The notes beneath the pieces were generated by a model. It had not been told where the DNA came from. It searched no databases and worked only from the letters and a program-made list of their open reading frames with translations. From Clostridia bacterium (GTDB lineage: Bacteria > Bacillota > Clostridia > Oscillospirales > SIG627): DNA of 64,000 nt. Where the stretch lies: NCBI GenBank assembly GCA_017520825.1, contig JAFXEX010000005.1:15431-79430 (forward strand), given 5' to 3'. Position 1 is the first letter of the stretch, and each line of letters begins with the position of its first letter. The translations under genes and the position numbers were made by a program. Positions 1 to 10,041 of this stretch are shown here, in pieces.

Positions 1-1970
1 ATATCATCACTCAGCGAAAGCTCCTTGTTGGTGGGGTCGACTGCCTGCGCAATAAAAAGCCATTTAACATTGCCCTCTTGCTTTAACTGATGGCAATACC
101 GATTGGTCTCCTCGCCGTTTGCGTAAAGCAAAGTTACGTTTCTATAAGGTGAAAGAGCCTCAACCATAGCATCCCTCGTATATTCAACGTGAGTGCTTCT
201 GTCAAACAGACTTCTTCCTCGCTGAGACGGCATAGCATCCTCATACTCGGGAGCAGTCCCCATAAAAATAAGCTTTCCACCCGAATTTTTGAACGCCTCA
301 AGTCTGTCCAGCGTAGTTGAACGAAGGGTTTCACACTGAGGAACTATAATAACATCATAGGACATTTCACCCACCTTGAAGCAGGACTCCCCTATTTCAC
401 AAAGGTCGGGAAGCATCGCCTCACAGACAAAGTCAAAATCAACGTTGCTCTTGACGAGCCAATCGGTAAGGCTTTGGAAATTTTCATCCTTTTCGTGCGC
501 TATTACTCTGTTTTGATCTACGGGTCCCCAATAAAGCCAATAGCTTTCAATGGGATGAATAACGCCAACGTTTATAACGGGCTTACCACGTGTAAGCGCA
601 GTATTCACCCTTGCAAAATGGTCTTCAACTCTTTTATATTCGGTATACCAAGGTGACTGGTAGCTTATAGACGCAGGATAATCGCGCTTTGCCTCACCCT
701 TCATTGACACCCATGCAAGATGTTGAGTGCGCAAGGTTACGCCCATTGCTGCCTGCCAATCTCCGTGGAGCTTGTGACCTCTGAAATCGAAATCCCATCC
801 CGTTACACCGTAAAGCTCTGAAAGCATTGCTTCTTTACCCAACTGATGTACAACGGATTGACATTGCTTGGCAGTAGTAAATTCACGTCTGCAGCAAAGC
901 ATATCAATTCCGGGAATACCAAAGCCTCTGTAATTTCTCATAGCCTCGCTAATACAAAGAGTTTGGAAAAACAGAGTGGACTCTGCCATAAGATGACCCG
1001 TCAGCGCAAGTCCGTGACCGTCGCACCATTTACCGCAATTCTGACCGAATGCCTCACTGAATCTGTCTGCAACGTGGTCGTGATAACGGTACCGTGTAAC
1101 AGACGGACGATTTTCGGGCAAATTCCAGAAAAGCTCGGGAAGATGCTCTATAACGTCCTCTCCGTACCTTTCCTTATACGTATCGGCAAAGGTAGGAGTC
1201 CATGGGAGAGTTACGTCTGTTTTATCCAATGCAGAAGGAAGGCGTCCCTTAAAGGAAACCTGAGGCTCGTCGGTAAATATAGACGGAACAGTATTGCCAA
1301 AATCCTCTCCCACCACGTTTTTATACGCCTCGTAGGTGGTGTCGATAAATTTATCCATTGCGTCCTTGCTCATGGTATCTATGTAAGATTGATTGTTAAA
1401 CCACGAGGTTTTGGGCGCATAATCCAGATAAACGTACCACTTTGTGCCCAAGGCTTCTGCATCGGGAGTAATACGCTTATAGCTCTTCAGATATCCTTTT
1501 TCATCAAGCTCAACGTCAAAGACTGTAATAAGTGTTCCTTCCTCGGTTCTTTCGGTGGAGTTTTCTACAAACAGAATTTTCTCTTCCGTTTTTTCGCTGT
1601 AAGGAACGGTTGTAAAACGAAGCATTCTCTGACGGCAATTATCGTCCTTTGTAACGATTCCACCTGCTGCACCCGAAGGCCAACGGTCTTCATCGTAAAG
1701 ATATGCAAGCAAGCCTTTTTCCTTTGCTTTATCGACGCAGGCTTTTACGTAGCCAAGAAACTCTTTCGAAAGGTACTCGGTTGCCATACCCGTACGCACG
1801 TGTATATGAAAGCCACCAAGTCCCATTTCGCCGAAAACATCAATTTGTCTTAACAGCTCATCAAGGTCAAGCTCGCAATTCCAAGCCCAGAACGGAGCTC
1901 CTCTGTATTCTGACGTTGGATTTTTAAACAGCTCAGGAGAAAACTTTGAACCATTCTTCTTATAAAGCAT
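1..1970 (-). CDS. Glycoside hydrolase, GH106 (alpha-L-rhamnosidase-like) family; 5' part only, runs off the window start
   Basis: Not in the ORF track because no stop lies inside the window. Manual translation of segments from ATG 1970 (RBS AAAGGGA) gives MLYKKNGSKFSPELFKNPTSEYRGAPFWAWNCELDLDELLRQIDVFGEMGLGGFHIHVRTG...YLYDEDRWPSGAAGG...SIFTDEP, the N-terminal signature of GH106-like enzymes. Confidence 0.8.
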   Translation of the reverse strand, partial: MLYKKNGSKFSPELFKNPTSEYRGAPFWAWNCELDLDELLRQIDVFGEMGLGGFHIHVRTGMATEYLSKEFLGYVKACVDKAKEKGLLAYLYDEDRWPSGAAGGIVTKDDNCRQRMLRFTTVPYSEKTEEKILFVENSTERTEEGTLITVFDVELDEKGYLKSYKRITPDAEALGTKWYVYLDYAPKTSWFNNQSYIDTMSKDAMDKFIDTTYEAYKNVVGEDFGNTVPSIFTDEPQVSFKGRLPSALDKTDVTLPWTPTFADTYKERYGEDVIEHLPELFWNLPENRPSVTRYRYHDHVADRFSEAFGQNCGKWCDGHGLALTGHLMAESTLFFQTLCISEAMRNYRGFGIPGIDMLCCRREFTTAKQCQSVVHQLGKEAMLSELYGVTGWDFDFRGHKLHGDWQAAMGVTLRTQHLAWVSMKGEAKRDYPASISYQSPWYTEYKRVEDHFARVNTALTRGKPVINVGVIHPIESYWLYWGPVDQNRVIAHEKDENFQSLTDWLVKSNVDFDFVCEAMLPDLCEIGESCFKVGEMSYDVIIVPQCETLRSTTLDRLEAFKNSGGKLIFMGTAPEYEDAMPSQRGRSLFDRSTHVEYTRDAMVEALSPYRNVTLLYANGEETNRYCHQLKQEGNVKWLFIAQAVDPTNKELSLSDD

Positions 1971-2003
1971 ATTATTCCCTTTCATCAACTGACGTGATTT
2001 AAA

Positions 2004-3572
2004 CTACATAAGCGGTGCTATAATTTTCAGTAGCATTCCACGTATTTTTATACTAAGTTTTTCCCTTTTGACAGTATCATATGTTACTTTGCGGCATTTG
2101 TCAAGAGTATAGGAGAAATCTTTTTCAATATCTTGAATACAAGGTGTATAAGCCATATAAACTGCACATTCAAAGTGGTGATACAGACTTCTGTAATCAA
2201 GATTTATAGTTCCCACCACTGCTTCTCTGTCATCAGCCACAAACACCTTTGCGTGTACGAAGCCTGGTGTATACTCATATATTTTTACACCCGAATCAAG
2301 CAACGAACGGTAGTGAGTTTTAGCAAGTGCCCAGGCTCCCTTTTTGTCGGGAATTCCGGGAAGAATGAGAGATACATCAACTCCCCGTTCGGCAGCAAAC
2401 TTTATGGCAGTTTCCATTTCGGCGTCAATTACAAGATAGGGTGACATAATATGCACGTAGTCGGTGGCACGGTTGAGTATATCCATATAAACCCGTTCGC
2501 CCGTTTTGTCGTTATCTACGGGGCAATCAGCAAAGGGAATAACGTATCCGTCACCCACCTCCGAGGGTGAAAAGCTTGAAAGATAGGAATCGTAGCTTTG
2601 ACGTTTTCCTTCAATCGCCCACATCTGTAAAAACATCAGAGTAAAGCTTTCTACGGCATCACCCTTAAGCATTACTGCCGTATCCTTCCAGTGACCGTAC
2701 TTTTGTTTTTCGTTTATATATTCGTCGGCAAGGTTTATGCCACCACAGAAAGCAATTTTTCCATCTATTACGACTATCTTTCTGTGGTCACGGTAATTGT
2801 AGTGGGTTGATACGAATGGGGTAATCGGAGCAAACACCTTACAGTGTATGCCCAGCTTTTTCAATCTTTTGGGAAAGTCGTGAGGAAGCGTAGTAAATTC
2901 GCAGGTGCCGTCGTATATTACACGGACGTCAACTCCCTGCTTTACCTTGCGCTCAAGAACCTCAAGCACGTCGCCCCACATTCTGCCTTCATCTATAATA
3001 AAATATTCGAGAAAAATGAATTTTTCAGCTTTTTCAAGCTCTTCAAGCAAGGCTTTAAGCTTATCCTCGCCCGTAGGTAAATAAGTCACCTCCGTTTTAT
3101 CGAAAACAGGGTAACAACCACTACGGGAGATATATTCTGCAAGACTTGCTATTCGTGGGTCTTTTTCTTTCAAGCTACGCAGTGTAGCAGGATTTTGCAG
3201 TATTTTGTTTTTATTCTCACGGGTAAGTGTATTAATCCTTCTTTTCAAAGCCCGATGTCCGAAATCGCTTTTCGTATAGACGAAAAGAAGGGAGCCGAAA
3301 ACAGGAACTATGGCAATAAGAACAAGCCACGTAACCTTAGCGTTAGGACTCATCGGGCAGTTTATAATATATATCACTGCTGCAGAGGTGAGTATTATAC
3401 TTCCTCCCCATACGTGTGGGAGAAGGCTTTCAAATTTATAAAACCCGAAAAAGAGCAGTCCGAACTGAACGATCAGCATCAGGGCAATAATTCCCACTCG
3501 ACTGAAAACAAGTCCTTTAATCCCGTTTTTACCTTGCTTTACAAGTGTTAAGGGTATTCTTTTTTGAGACAT
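2004..3572 (-). CDS. cls: Cardiolipin synthase
   Basis: N-terminal TM helices plus two PLD HKD motifs (HRKIVVID, HAKVFVAD); GGAGG RBS. Confidence 0.95.
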   Translation of the reverse strand: MSQKRIPLTLVKQGKNGIKGLVFSRVGIIALMLIVQFGLLFFGFYKFESLLPHVWGGSIILTSAAVIYIINCPMSPNAKVTWLVLIAIVPVFGSLLFVYTKSDFGHRALKRRINTLTRENKNKILQNPATLRSLKEKDPRIASLAEYISRSGCYPVFDKTEVTYLPTGEDKLKALLEELEKAEKFIFLEYFIIDEGRMWGDVLEVLERKVKQGVDVRVIYDGTCEFTTLPHDFPKRLKKLGIHCKVFAPITPFVSTHYNYRDHRKIVVIDGKIAFCGGINLADEYINEKQKYGHWKDTAVMLKGDAVESFTLMFLQMWAIEGKRQSYDSYLSSFSPSEVGDGYVIPFADCPVDNDKTGERVYMDILNRATDYVHIMSPYLVIDAEMETAIKFAAERGVDVSLILPGIPDKKGAWALAKTHYRSLLDSGVKIYEYTPGFVHAKVFVADDREAVVGTINLDYRSLYHHFECAVYMAYTPCIQDIEKDFSYTLDKCRKVTYDTVKREKLSIKIRGMLLKIIAPLM

Positions 3573-3767
3573 TGATCCCCCTCCTCTCTCTTATATACTT
3601 ATATTTATATGATAAAACATTTAATATACAAAGTCAAGATTTTACGCTTGCTTGTTAACACTAAATTAAATATTGTCATAATTATGTAAAAATTTGCAAA
3701 AACTATGGAAAAATGCGATTGTTTGTGGTATTATATTATGCATTCGTATGGAGATTGGAGAGAATTT

Positions 3768-5183
3768 ATGCGTAAAACTAAAATTATTTGCACTGTAGGA
3801 CCTGCGTGCGACAGTGAGGCTGTACTTACAAAAATGTGTCAGAATGGAATGAACGTGGCACGGCTTAACTTTTCCCACGGTACTCACGATGACCACAAGG
3901 AAAAAATAGAGCTTATAAAAAGGGTGCGAGAAAGACTTGCACTGCCTATTCCCATAATGCTTGACACCAAGGGTCCCGAATACAGAATAAAAACCTTTGA
4001 GAACAAAAAAATTAAGGTTTCAGAGGGTGACAAATTTATCTTTACTACTGAGGACGTGGTTGGTAACAATCAGCGCGTTGCAGTAAACTACGAGCATCTG
4101 ACAGAGGATTTGTCAGAGGGCGACGTAATCACCGTCAACAACGGCCTTGTGCAGTTTAAAGTAAATGCAATTGAGGGTCATGACGTAATATGTACCGTTA
4201 CTGCCGGTGGAGAGATGTCCGATCGCAAAAGCATGAGCTTTCCCAACAAGGTATTAAAGCACGATTATCTGAGCGAGCAGGATAAATCCGACCTTCTTTT
4301 CGGTATAGAAAATGAAGTGGATTTTGTTGCAGCATCCTTCGTATCAACAAGGAAGGACGTATCGGACATACGTGAGTTTCTTAACGCTAACGGTGGACAA
4401 GATATAGATATTATCGCAAAAATAGAAAACAGAGCAGGCGTAAATAACATTGAGGAGATATGCCAGGTTGCCGACGGAATAATGGTAGCCCGAGGAGACC
4501 TTGGCGTTGAAATTCCCTTTGTGGAAGTGCCTGCAGTACAGAAGCACCTCATACAAAAGTGCAGACTTTTGGGAAAGCGTGTTATTACGGCTACAGAGAT
4601 GCTCGAATCTATGATCCATAACCCACGCCCCACAAGAGCAGAAATATCCGACGTTGCAAACGCTGTGTACGACGGCTCGTCGGCAATAATGCTTTCGGGA
4701 GAAACTGCTGCAGGTAAGCATCCTGCTGAGGCAGTAAGGGTTATGGCTGAAATTGCTGAGTACACTGAAAGTCAGATAGATTACAGCCGATGGTTCAGAA
4801 CTACGGAGTACACTATAAAAAACAATCTTGACGCTATATCCCATTCGGTATGCGCTATGGCAATAGACGTACACGCAAGATGCATCGTTGTCAATTCCCT
4901 TTCGGGACGCACGGCGCGAATGGTCAGCCGTTTCAGATGTCCTGCCGACATTATCGGTATGACAACGAACCACAGAGCCTGGAGACAGTTAAATCTTAGC
5001 TGGGGAGTGACTCCCGTTATGAGCGAGGAATACGGCGCTATTGATATAGTATTCTACGAAGCGCTTAAAATGGCAAAGAAGGTGTTCTCACTTCAAAAGG
5101 GTGACAACGTGGTAATGACCGGCGGGCAGATAAACGGCCAACCCGGAAATACAAATATGATAAGAGTAGATGCAATAAAGTAA
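3768..5183 (+). CDS. pyk: Pyruvate kinase
   Basis: MRKTKIICTVGP start, ARLNFSHG, DTKGPEYR, IIAKIEN, MVARGDLG, PTRAE. Start moved from 3705 to ATG 3768 (RBS GGAG). Confidence 0.97.
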   Translation: MRKTKIICTVGPACDSEAVLTKMCQNGMNVARLNFSHGTHDDHKEKIELIKRVRERLALPIPIMLDTKGPEYRIKTFENKKIKVSEGDKFIFTTEDVVGNNQRVAVNYEHLTEDLSEGDVITVNNGLVQFKVNAIEGHDVICTVTAGGEMSDRKSMSFPNKVLKHDYLSEQDKSDLLFGIENEVDFVAASFVSTRKDVSDIREFLNANGGQDIDIIAKIENRAGVNNIEEICQVADGIMVARGDLGVEIPFVEVPAVQKHLIQKCRLLGKRVITATEMLESMIHNPRPTRAEISDVANAVYDGSSAIMLSGETAAGKHPAEAVRVMAEIAEYTESQIDYSRWFRTTEYTIKNNLDAISHSVCAMAIDVHARCIVVNSLSGRTARMVSRFRCPADIIGMTTNHRAWRQLNLSWGVTPVMSEEYGAIDIVFYEALKMAKKVFSLQKGDNVVMTGGQINGQPGNTNMIRVDAIK

Positions 5184-5195
5184 AACAAAAAATAC

Positions 5196-5219
5196 AAGGG
5201 AACGCCAAAGCGTTCCCTT
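5196..5219. terminator. Bidirectional intrinsic terminator between pyk and yigZ
   Basis: AAGGGAACGC-caaa-GCGTTCCCTT stem with A/T-rich flanks between convergent genes. Confidence 0.8.
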
Positions 5220-5847
5220 ATTTCTTTTCAGGGGCAAATCTCTGCCCCACTATTTTCAGTTGTCCTTTACCCGAGGTCATATTTGAGAGCTTATCACGGA
5301 GAATCTCAACTTCATTTTCACTTGCCAGCACTCTTGACACCACGTCTGCCTCATAGCGTGTTTCAATCTCCTCAATCCCCATTACCGAAAGCTCGTATTT
5401 CAGCTTTTGATATGCCGAATAGTCGGCGTATAGCTCTACGTCGTGATATAGCACGAAGGTAGCCTTGCCGGCATTGTCAAGGGCGAGCTTTGCCGCCTTT
5501 CCGTAAGCACGGGTCAGTCCTCCTGCGCCAAGCAATATGCCACCGAAATATCGCGCAACAACTATTACCACGCCTGTCAATCCTTCACGGCGAATAACCT
5601 CGAGAATAGGCATTCCTGCCGTTCCCTGAGGCTCGTGGTCGTCGGAAAAACGCACCACGTTGCCACCCTTGTTTACGTAGGCGTAACAGGTGTGACGCAT
5701 ATTTGGAAGCCTTTCTCTTATTTCGTTTATATAAGCCAAAGCTTCGTCCTCTTCCTCAATGGGCTTTATAAAGCCGTAGAATACCGACTTTTTTTCTTCG
5801 TATTCGCCACTTCCCTCTTTTGCGACGGTGGTATATGAATCATTCAT
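5218..5847 (-). CDS. yigZ: YigZ/IMPACT family protein
   Basis: EEKKSVF, HTCYAY, SDDHEPQGTAG, VVARYFGGILLGAGGLTRAY motifs. Confidence 0.92.
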   Translation of the reverse strand: MNDSYTTVAKEGSGEYEEKKSVFYGFIKPIEEEDEALAYINEIRERLPNMRHTCYAYVNKGGNVVRFSDDHEPQGTAGMPILEVIRREGLTGVVIVVARYFGGILLGAGGLTRAYGKAAKLALDNAGKATFVLYHDVELYADYSAYQKLKYELSVMGIEEIETRYEADVVSRVLASENEVEILRDKLSNMTSGKGQLKIVGQRFAPEKK

Positions 5848-7129
5848 TTATATACTCCTTTAACTGCCCACGTATCTTATCGTCAACTATGGCTACAACC
5901 TCGATACCGTTATCGACGTATTCAACGCTCTTTACCCTTGAGGTTTTATAAAGCGTGTCAATAAATCCTGCCTTGCTATGAGGAAGAAGAAATTTCGTTT
6001 CCTTTTTCACAGAAAGAATAACTCTTTCAACTGCCTCTACGAGAGAGTCAACGCCCTCCCCCGTTGCCGCCGAAATAAACACGGCGTTGTCCTTTGTTCC
6101 CAACCCCAGAGATTCCTCGTAAATCAAATCCTGGGCTTTGTCGCATTTATTAAAAACGTAGATAATTGGCTTTTCCTCCACCCCTTCCTTTTGGAGAAGG
6201 GAATGAATAAGCTCCACGCTGACGTCGTATTGCGAACGCACGTCGGGACTCGAAACGTCAAGCACCACCAATATTATATCGGAAAACACCACTTCTGCAA
6301 GGGTGGATTTAAAGGCGTCGATAAGGTGATGGGGCAGATTTCTGATAAAGCCTACCGTATCGGTTATGACAACCTCTCCGGCATTTGGCAACGTCCATTT
6401 TCTCGTAGTAGGGTCAAGGGTTGCAAAAAGCTTGTTTTCAGCAAGAATATTTGCGCCCGTCAGACGGTTGAGCAGTGTGGATTTTCCAACGTTGGTGTAT
6501 CCTGCAACGGAAATCTGAACAACGCCCGAATTCTCACGGTTTTTGCGCTGAGTCATACGGCGCTTTTCAAGGTCACGTAATTCTTCTTCAAGGTAGGCGA
6601 TGTGTGTCTTGATGTGACGCTTATCACTTTCAAGCTTTGATTCGCCCGGGCCTCTCGTGCCTATTCCACCACCAAGCCTTGACAGCTCTTTACCCTGTCC
6701 TCGAAGCCTTGGAATGGTATATTTAAGCCTTGCTATCTGTACCTGCAATATACCCTCGTTTGTGGTAGCATTACCTGCGAAAATATCAAGAATGAGCATT
6801 GTGCGATCAATAACTCTCACGTCACCGAGAAAGTTTTCAAGCTCTCTTATCTGAGACGGAGAAAGCTCGCAGTCGAAAATTACAAGCTCAATTTTAGAGC
6901 CCTCGCACAGCTCCTTCAGCTCGTCAAGTTTTCCCTTGCCGATATAGGTGGCGTTGTCGGGAGTAGGTCGGTACTGTATGAGACGGGCAACAGCCTGTCC
7001 ACCTGCAGTTTCAAGAAGTGAAGCCAGCTCGTCAAGCTCACTCTCGTCGTGAGAGTTGTCGGGGTACACTGCCACCAACACTGCCGACGGCAAGCTATTG
7101 TCTTTTGTTTCGTGTACAGTATTTTTCAT
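5840..7129 (-). CDS. hflX: GTPase HflX
   Basis: IDRTMLILDIF, GIGTRGPGE, G1 GYTNVGKS, LFATLD, DTVGFI, NKCD. Probable start ATG 7129. Confidence 0.96.
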   Translation of the reverse strand: MKNTVHETKDNSLPSAVLVAVYPDNSHDESELDELASLLETAGGQAVARLIQYRPTPDNATYIGKGKLDELKELCEGSKIELVIFDCELSPSQIRELENFLGDVRVIDRTMLILDIFAGNATTNEGILQVQIARLKYTIPRLRGQGKELSRLGGGIGTRGPGESKLESDKRHIKTHIAYLEEELRDLEKRRMTQRKNRENSGVVQISVAGYTNVGKSTLLNRLTGANILAENKLFATLDPTTRKWTLPNAGEVVITDTVGFIRNLPHHLIDAFKSTLAEVVFSDIILVVLDVSSPDVRSQYDVSVELIHSLLQKEGVEEKPIIYVFNKCDKAQDLIYEESLGLGTKDNAVFISAATGEGVDSLVEAVERVILSVKKETKFLLPHSKAGFIDTLYKTSRVKSVEYVDNGIEVVAIVDDKIRGQLKEYINE

Positions 7130-7183
7130 AAATAACCTGAACTCCAAAAATTTCTTTTAATCGTGGGCAAAAATCCGATTTTT

Positions 7184-7222
7184 AAAACAAAAAGCGATGC
7201 ATTGTCTGCACCGCCTCGTTTG
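7184..7222 (-). terminator. Intrinsic terminator after rpmE
   Basis: Minus-strand stem GGCGGTGCA-gacaa-TGCATCGCT (with G-U pairs) followed by a T tract. Confidence 0.6.
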
Positions 7223-7228
7223 TATAAG

Positions 7229-7426
7229 TTATCTGCCGAACTTCTTGTTGAACTTATCAACACGTCCGCCCGCATCTACGAGTTTCTGCTTGCCTGTATA
7301 GAAGGGATGGCACTTAGCACAAATTTCAACGTGGATGTTCTCCTTGGTTGACTTTGTGGGATATTCAGCACCACAAGCACAAACGATTACGGTATCCTTA
7401 TACTCAGGATGTAAGTCTTTCTGCAT
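7229..7426 (-). CDS. rpmE: 50S ribosomal protein L31 (Zn-binding type A)
   Basis: HPEY, CACG...[20 protein letters not shown]; GAGGTG RBS. Confidence 0.97.
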   Translation of the reverse strand: MQKDLHPEYKDTVIVCACGAEYPTKSTKENIHVEICAKCHPFYTGKQKLVDAGGRVDKFNKKFGR

Positions 7427-7547
7427 TTGAATTGCACCTCTCTTCGGATATTCTTCGTTGTTACATCACATAATATCACATAAGTTTCAAAAAATCCAGT
7501 GTTTTTTTAAAATTAGAAAACTTTTTTTGGTTTTTTCAAAAAGACTA

Positions 7548-7576
7548 TTGAAATAACAGAACAAATGTGTTATAAT
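7548..7576 (+). promoter_or_regulatory. SigmaA promoter of tRNA-Leu
   Basis: TTGAAA-17 bp-TATAAT with extended TG motif, 12 bp upstream of the tRNA. Confidence 0.8.
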
Positions 7577-7588
7577 TCCAAAGTAATC

Positions 7589-7675
7589 GCCGGTGTGATG
7601 GAATTGGCAGACGTACGGGACTCAAAATCCCGCGGTAGCGATACCGTGCGGGTTCGACCCCCGCCACCGGCACCA
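7589..7675 (+). tRNA. tRNA-Leu (anticodon CAA)
   Basis: GCCGGTG acceptor stem pairing with CACCGGC, anticodon arm CGGGA-CT CAA AA-TCCCG, long variable arm, GGTTCGA T loop, encoded CCA end. Confidence 0.97.
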
Positions 7676-7677
7676 AC

Positions 7678-7711
7678 AAAAAGAGAACAACCTTACGTTG
7701 TTCTTTTTTTG
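7678..7711 (+). terminator. Terminator after tRNA-Leu
   Basis: AGAACAAC-cttac-GTTGTTCT followed by a T run. Confidence 0.75.
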
Positions 7712-7723
7712 TTGCTATGATAT

Positions 7724-7945
7724 TCAAAGGGGGGCGAAGCCAGAGTGTATAGAAGAAATGAATTTTTCCTTGCCATTTTCGGGAGAATTGGATATACTGT
7801 TATTAAAGAAAGTTATATCATTCAAATGCGCAGGCACGTTGCTGCCGAGTCCTCTTTGTGATATGGCTTTCTTTTTCATTTCTTCTCCTGTTATCACAAT
7901 GTTGTCCTCGCTATTAAGATAACCTTTCAACTTTAACGAATTCAT
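7724..7945 (-). pseudogene. Short orphan ORF, possible gene remnant
   Basis: 73-aa ORF with no clear RBS between the tRNA terminator and the split terminator at 8014; no recognisable domain. Confidence 0.25.
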
Positions 7946-8062
7946 AGCGTTACTTATCAGACATAACCAAGCCTACCATCTTTTTTCAAAGAGTTCACTT
8001 ATCTCTTATACTAAAAAACACCCTCAAAGGCATAAGCGTAGTGTTCTTAAGGACAGTAATTT

Positions 8063-8098
8063 TAAAAGGCTGAACGAAATCAATCGTTCAGCCTTTTA
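8063..8098. terminator. Hairpin/terminator downstream of the DeoR gene
   Basis: Perfect 15-bp stem TAAAAGGCTGAACGA-aatcaa-TCGTTCAGCCTTTTA. Confidence 0.75.
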
Positions 8099-8175
8099 TC
8101 TTAAGGTTTTAGGATATCCTAAATGTTTGGAATATGGTACACATATTCCCTGCTCGTTACAGTAGCGGACAAGGG

Positions 8176-8874
8176 TCACAACTCGTCAATAATTCCGGTG
8201 ACATCTTTGGTACTGCATATATTATACATATATTTTTTATTCTTTTTACTGCTATCACACAAATAATATGTTTTATCTGCATTCTTCATCATAGCTTTTT
8301 TTATAGTCGATTCCTCTGTAGAAGAATCGGTGATGCAGCCATCTTCTAAATAACCTCTGCTGGAAAAAAAGAATACATCCGCATTTATGTAGGAAATGAA
8401 GTTTTCTGCTTCATTTCCTACATAAGCTATGGAATGGCTCAGTAATAATCCTCCGGTGCAATAATTTTTTATTCCGTTTTCTCCAAGTTTTATAGAGGTT
8501 TTAGGGCTGTTTGTAACTACTATAATATCATTGAAATTCTTCAGAAGAGGAATAATATGCGCCACCGTTGAAGAAGCATCAAAAAATATCACATTCCCAT
8601 TCTCAATATATTGAACAGCTTTTTGCGCAATAATCTGTTTTGATTTGTTGTTTTGATCTTCCCGAAACATCAAGGGAATTTCGCTTTCAGCAGTTTTCCT
8701 CAGTACAACACCACCATGAGTTCTCAAAACCTTCCCCTGCTGTTCAAGTTCATTCAAATCTCTTCGGATTGTGGGTGGACTAACATATAATAACTTTGAC
8801 AATTTACTTACACTTATACTTTTGCTTTCTTCCAAAAAATTCAATATTTCTTCCTGCCGTTCTATATTAAACAT
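8176..8874 (-). CDS. DeoR/GlpR family transcriptional regulator
   Basis: HTH VSPPTIRRDLNELE, RTHGG, DASSTV, VVTNS, TGG. Probable start ATG 8874 with AAGAGGT RBS. Confidence 0.93.
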   Translation of the reverse strand: MFNIERQEEILNFLEESKSISVSKLSKLLYVSPPTIRRDLNELEQQGKVLRTHGGVVLRKTAESEIPLMFREDQNNKSKQIIAQKAVQYIENGNVIFFDASSTVAHIIPLLKNFNDIIVVTNSPKTSIKLGENGIKNYCTGGLLLSHSIAYVGNEAENFISYINADVFFFSSRGYLEDGCITDSSTEESTIKKAMMKNADKTYYLCDSSKKNKKYMYNICSTKDVTGIIDEL

Positions 8875-9021
8875 ATCATACCTCTTTTTCATTTAGTTTC
8901 GTATGTTTTTGTTTATGACCATATAATGTGATTTTTTATCATTATTTTAGCCACTTATTGCATTTTATTTTCGTTTATATTATCATAACACAAAAAAATA
9001 AATATGTAAAGGATGTTTTCA

Positions 9022-10041
9022 ATGAGAAAAAAAGTTAAATCAGCAAATCTATATGCAATAAACGATTTAAGGTACGAGGATACATATTTGGGAGAATGTT
9101 CGGACGATGAAGTGATAGTAGAAGTCAAGAGTTGCGGTATATGCGGAAGTGATGTTTCACGGGTATATACAAAAGGCACATATCATTTTCCGACAATAAT
9201 CGGGCATGAGTTTTCCGGCAAGGTCATTTATGATCCAGAATGTGAAATCACAGGTAAAAAAGTTGTAGTGTTTCCTCTTTTACCTTGCTTCAAATGTAAA
9301 AGTTGTGAGGTTGGTAATTATGCCACTTGCAAAAATTACGATTACTATGGTTCAAGAAGAAACGGTGGTATGACAGAATATATCGCTGTAAAAAGATGGA
9401 ACGTTTTAATTATGCCTGAAAATTTAAGTTATGACGAAGGAGCAATGTGTGAACCGGTGTCTGTGGCAAGACATGCCGTGTTAAAACTTGACATAAAAAG
9501 CGAGGAAAACGTATTTATATCCGGTGCTGGTCCTATAGGTCTTATTGCCGGCCAGTGGGCAAAGATATTAGGTGCAAAACAAGTTTATTACATAGATATA
9601 GATGACCAAAAAATTGAATTTGCAAAAAAGCTTGGTTTTCTTGAATATAACGAAGATATTCTAATTGATTGTGCCATAGAAGGAACAGGAAACAGTAATG
9701 CACTTCAAAAATGTCTTGAAGTCATAAAACCACACGGAAGAATGGTCCTCATGGGAAATCCTGCAGATAATATTTGTTTAACACAGGATGCATATTGGCA
9801 TATTCTGAGAAAAGAACTGAAAATTTCAGGAACCTGGAATTCTACATACAAGAATTCAAATGATGATTGGGTAGAAAGTCTTAATGCAATGTCAAATGGA
9901 AAGATTGATGTGAAAATGCTGATTACTCACAAGTACCCTCTGTCAGAATGCAACTCAGCTTTTGAAATGATGAAAAACCGAACCGAATTTTTCAATAAGG
10001 TAATACTGAATATGAACGAGGAGATGAAATCCAATGATTAA
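9022..10041 (+). CDS. Zn-dependent polyol(-phosphate) dehydrogenase, galactitol-1-phosphate 5-dehydrogenase-like (MDR family)
   Basis: CGICGSD, GHEFSG, structural Zn CxxCxxC(7)C, GAGPIG Rossmann motif, GTWNS. Start is 9013 or 9022. Confidence 0.88.
   Translation: MRKKVKSANLYAINDLRYEDTYLGECSDDEVIVEVKSCGICGSDVSRVYTKGTYHFPTIIGHEFSGKVIYDPECEITGKKVVVFPLLPCFKCKSCEVGNYATCKNYDYYGSRRNGGMTEYIAVKRWNVLIMPENLSYDEGAMCEPVSVARHAVLKLDIKSEENVFISGAGPIGLIAGQWAKILGAKQVYYIDIDDQKIEFAKKLGFLEYNEDILIDCAIEGTGNSNALQKCLEVIKPHGRMVLMGNPADNICLTQDAYWHILRKELKISGTWNSTYKNSNDDWVESLNAMSNGKIDVKMLITHKYPLSECNSAFEMMKNRTEFFNKVILNMNEEMKSND

Noticed and set aside
846-1853. 335-aa plus-strand ORF
   Set aside because: Antisense shadow of the minus-strand GH106-like gene; no RBS or recognisable motifs.
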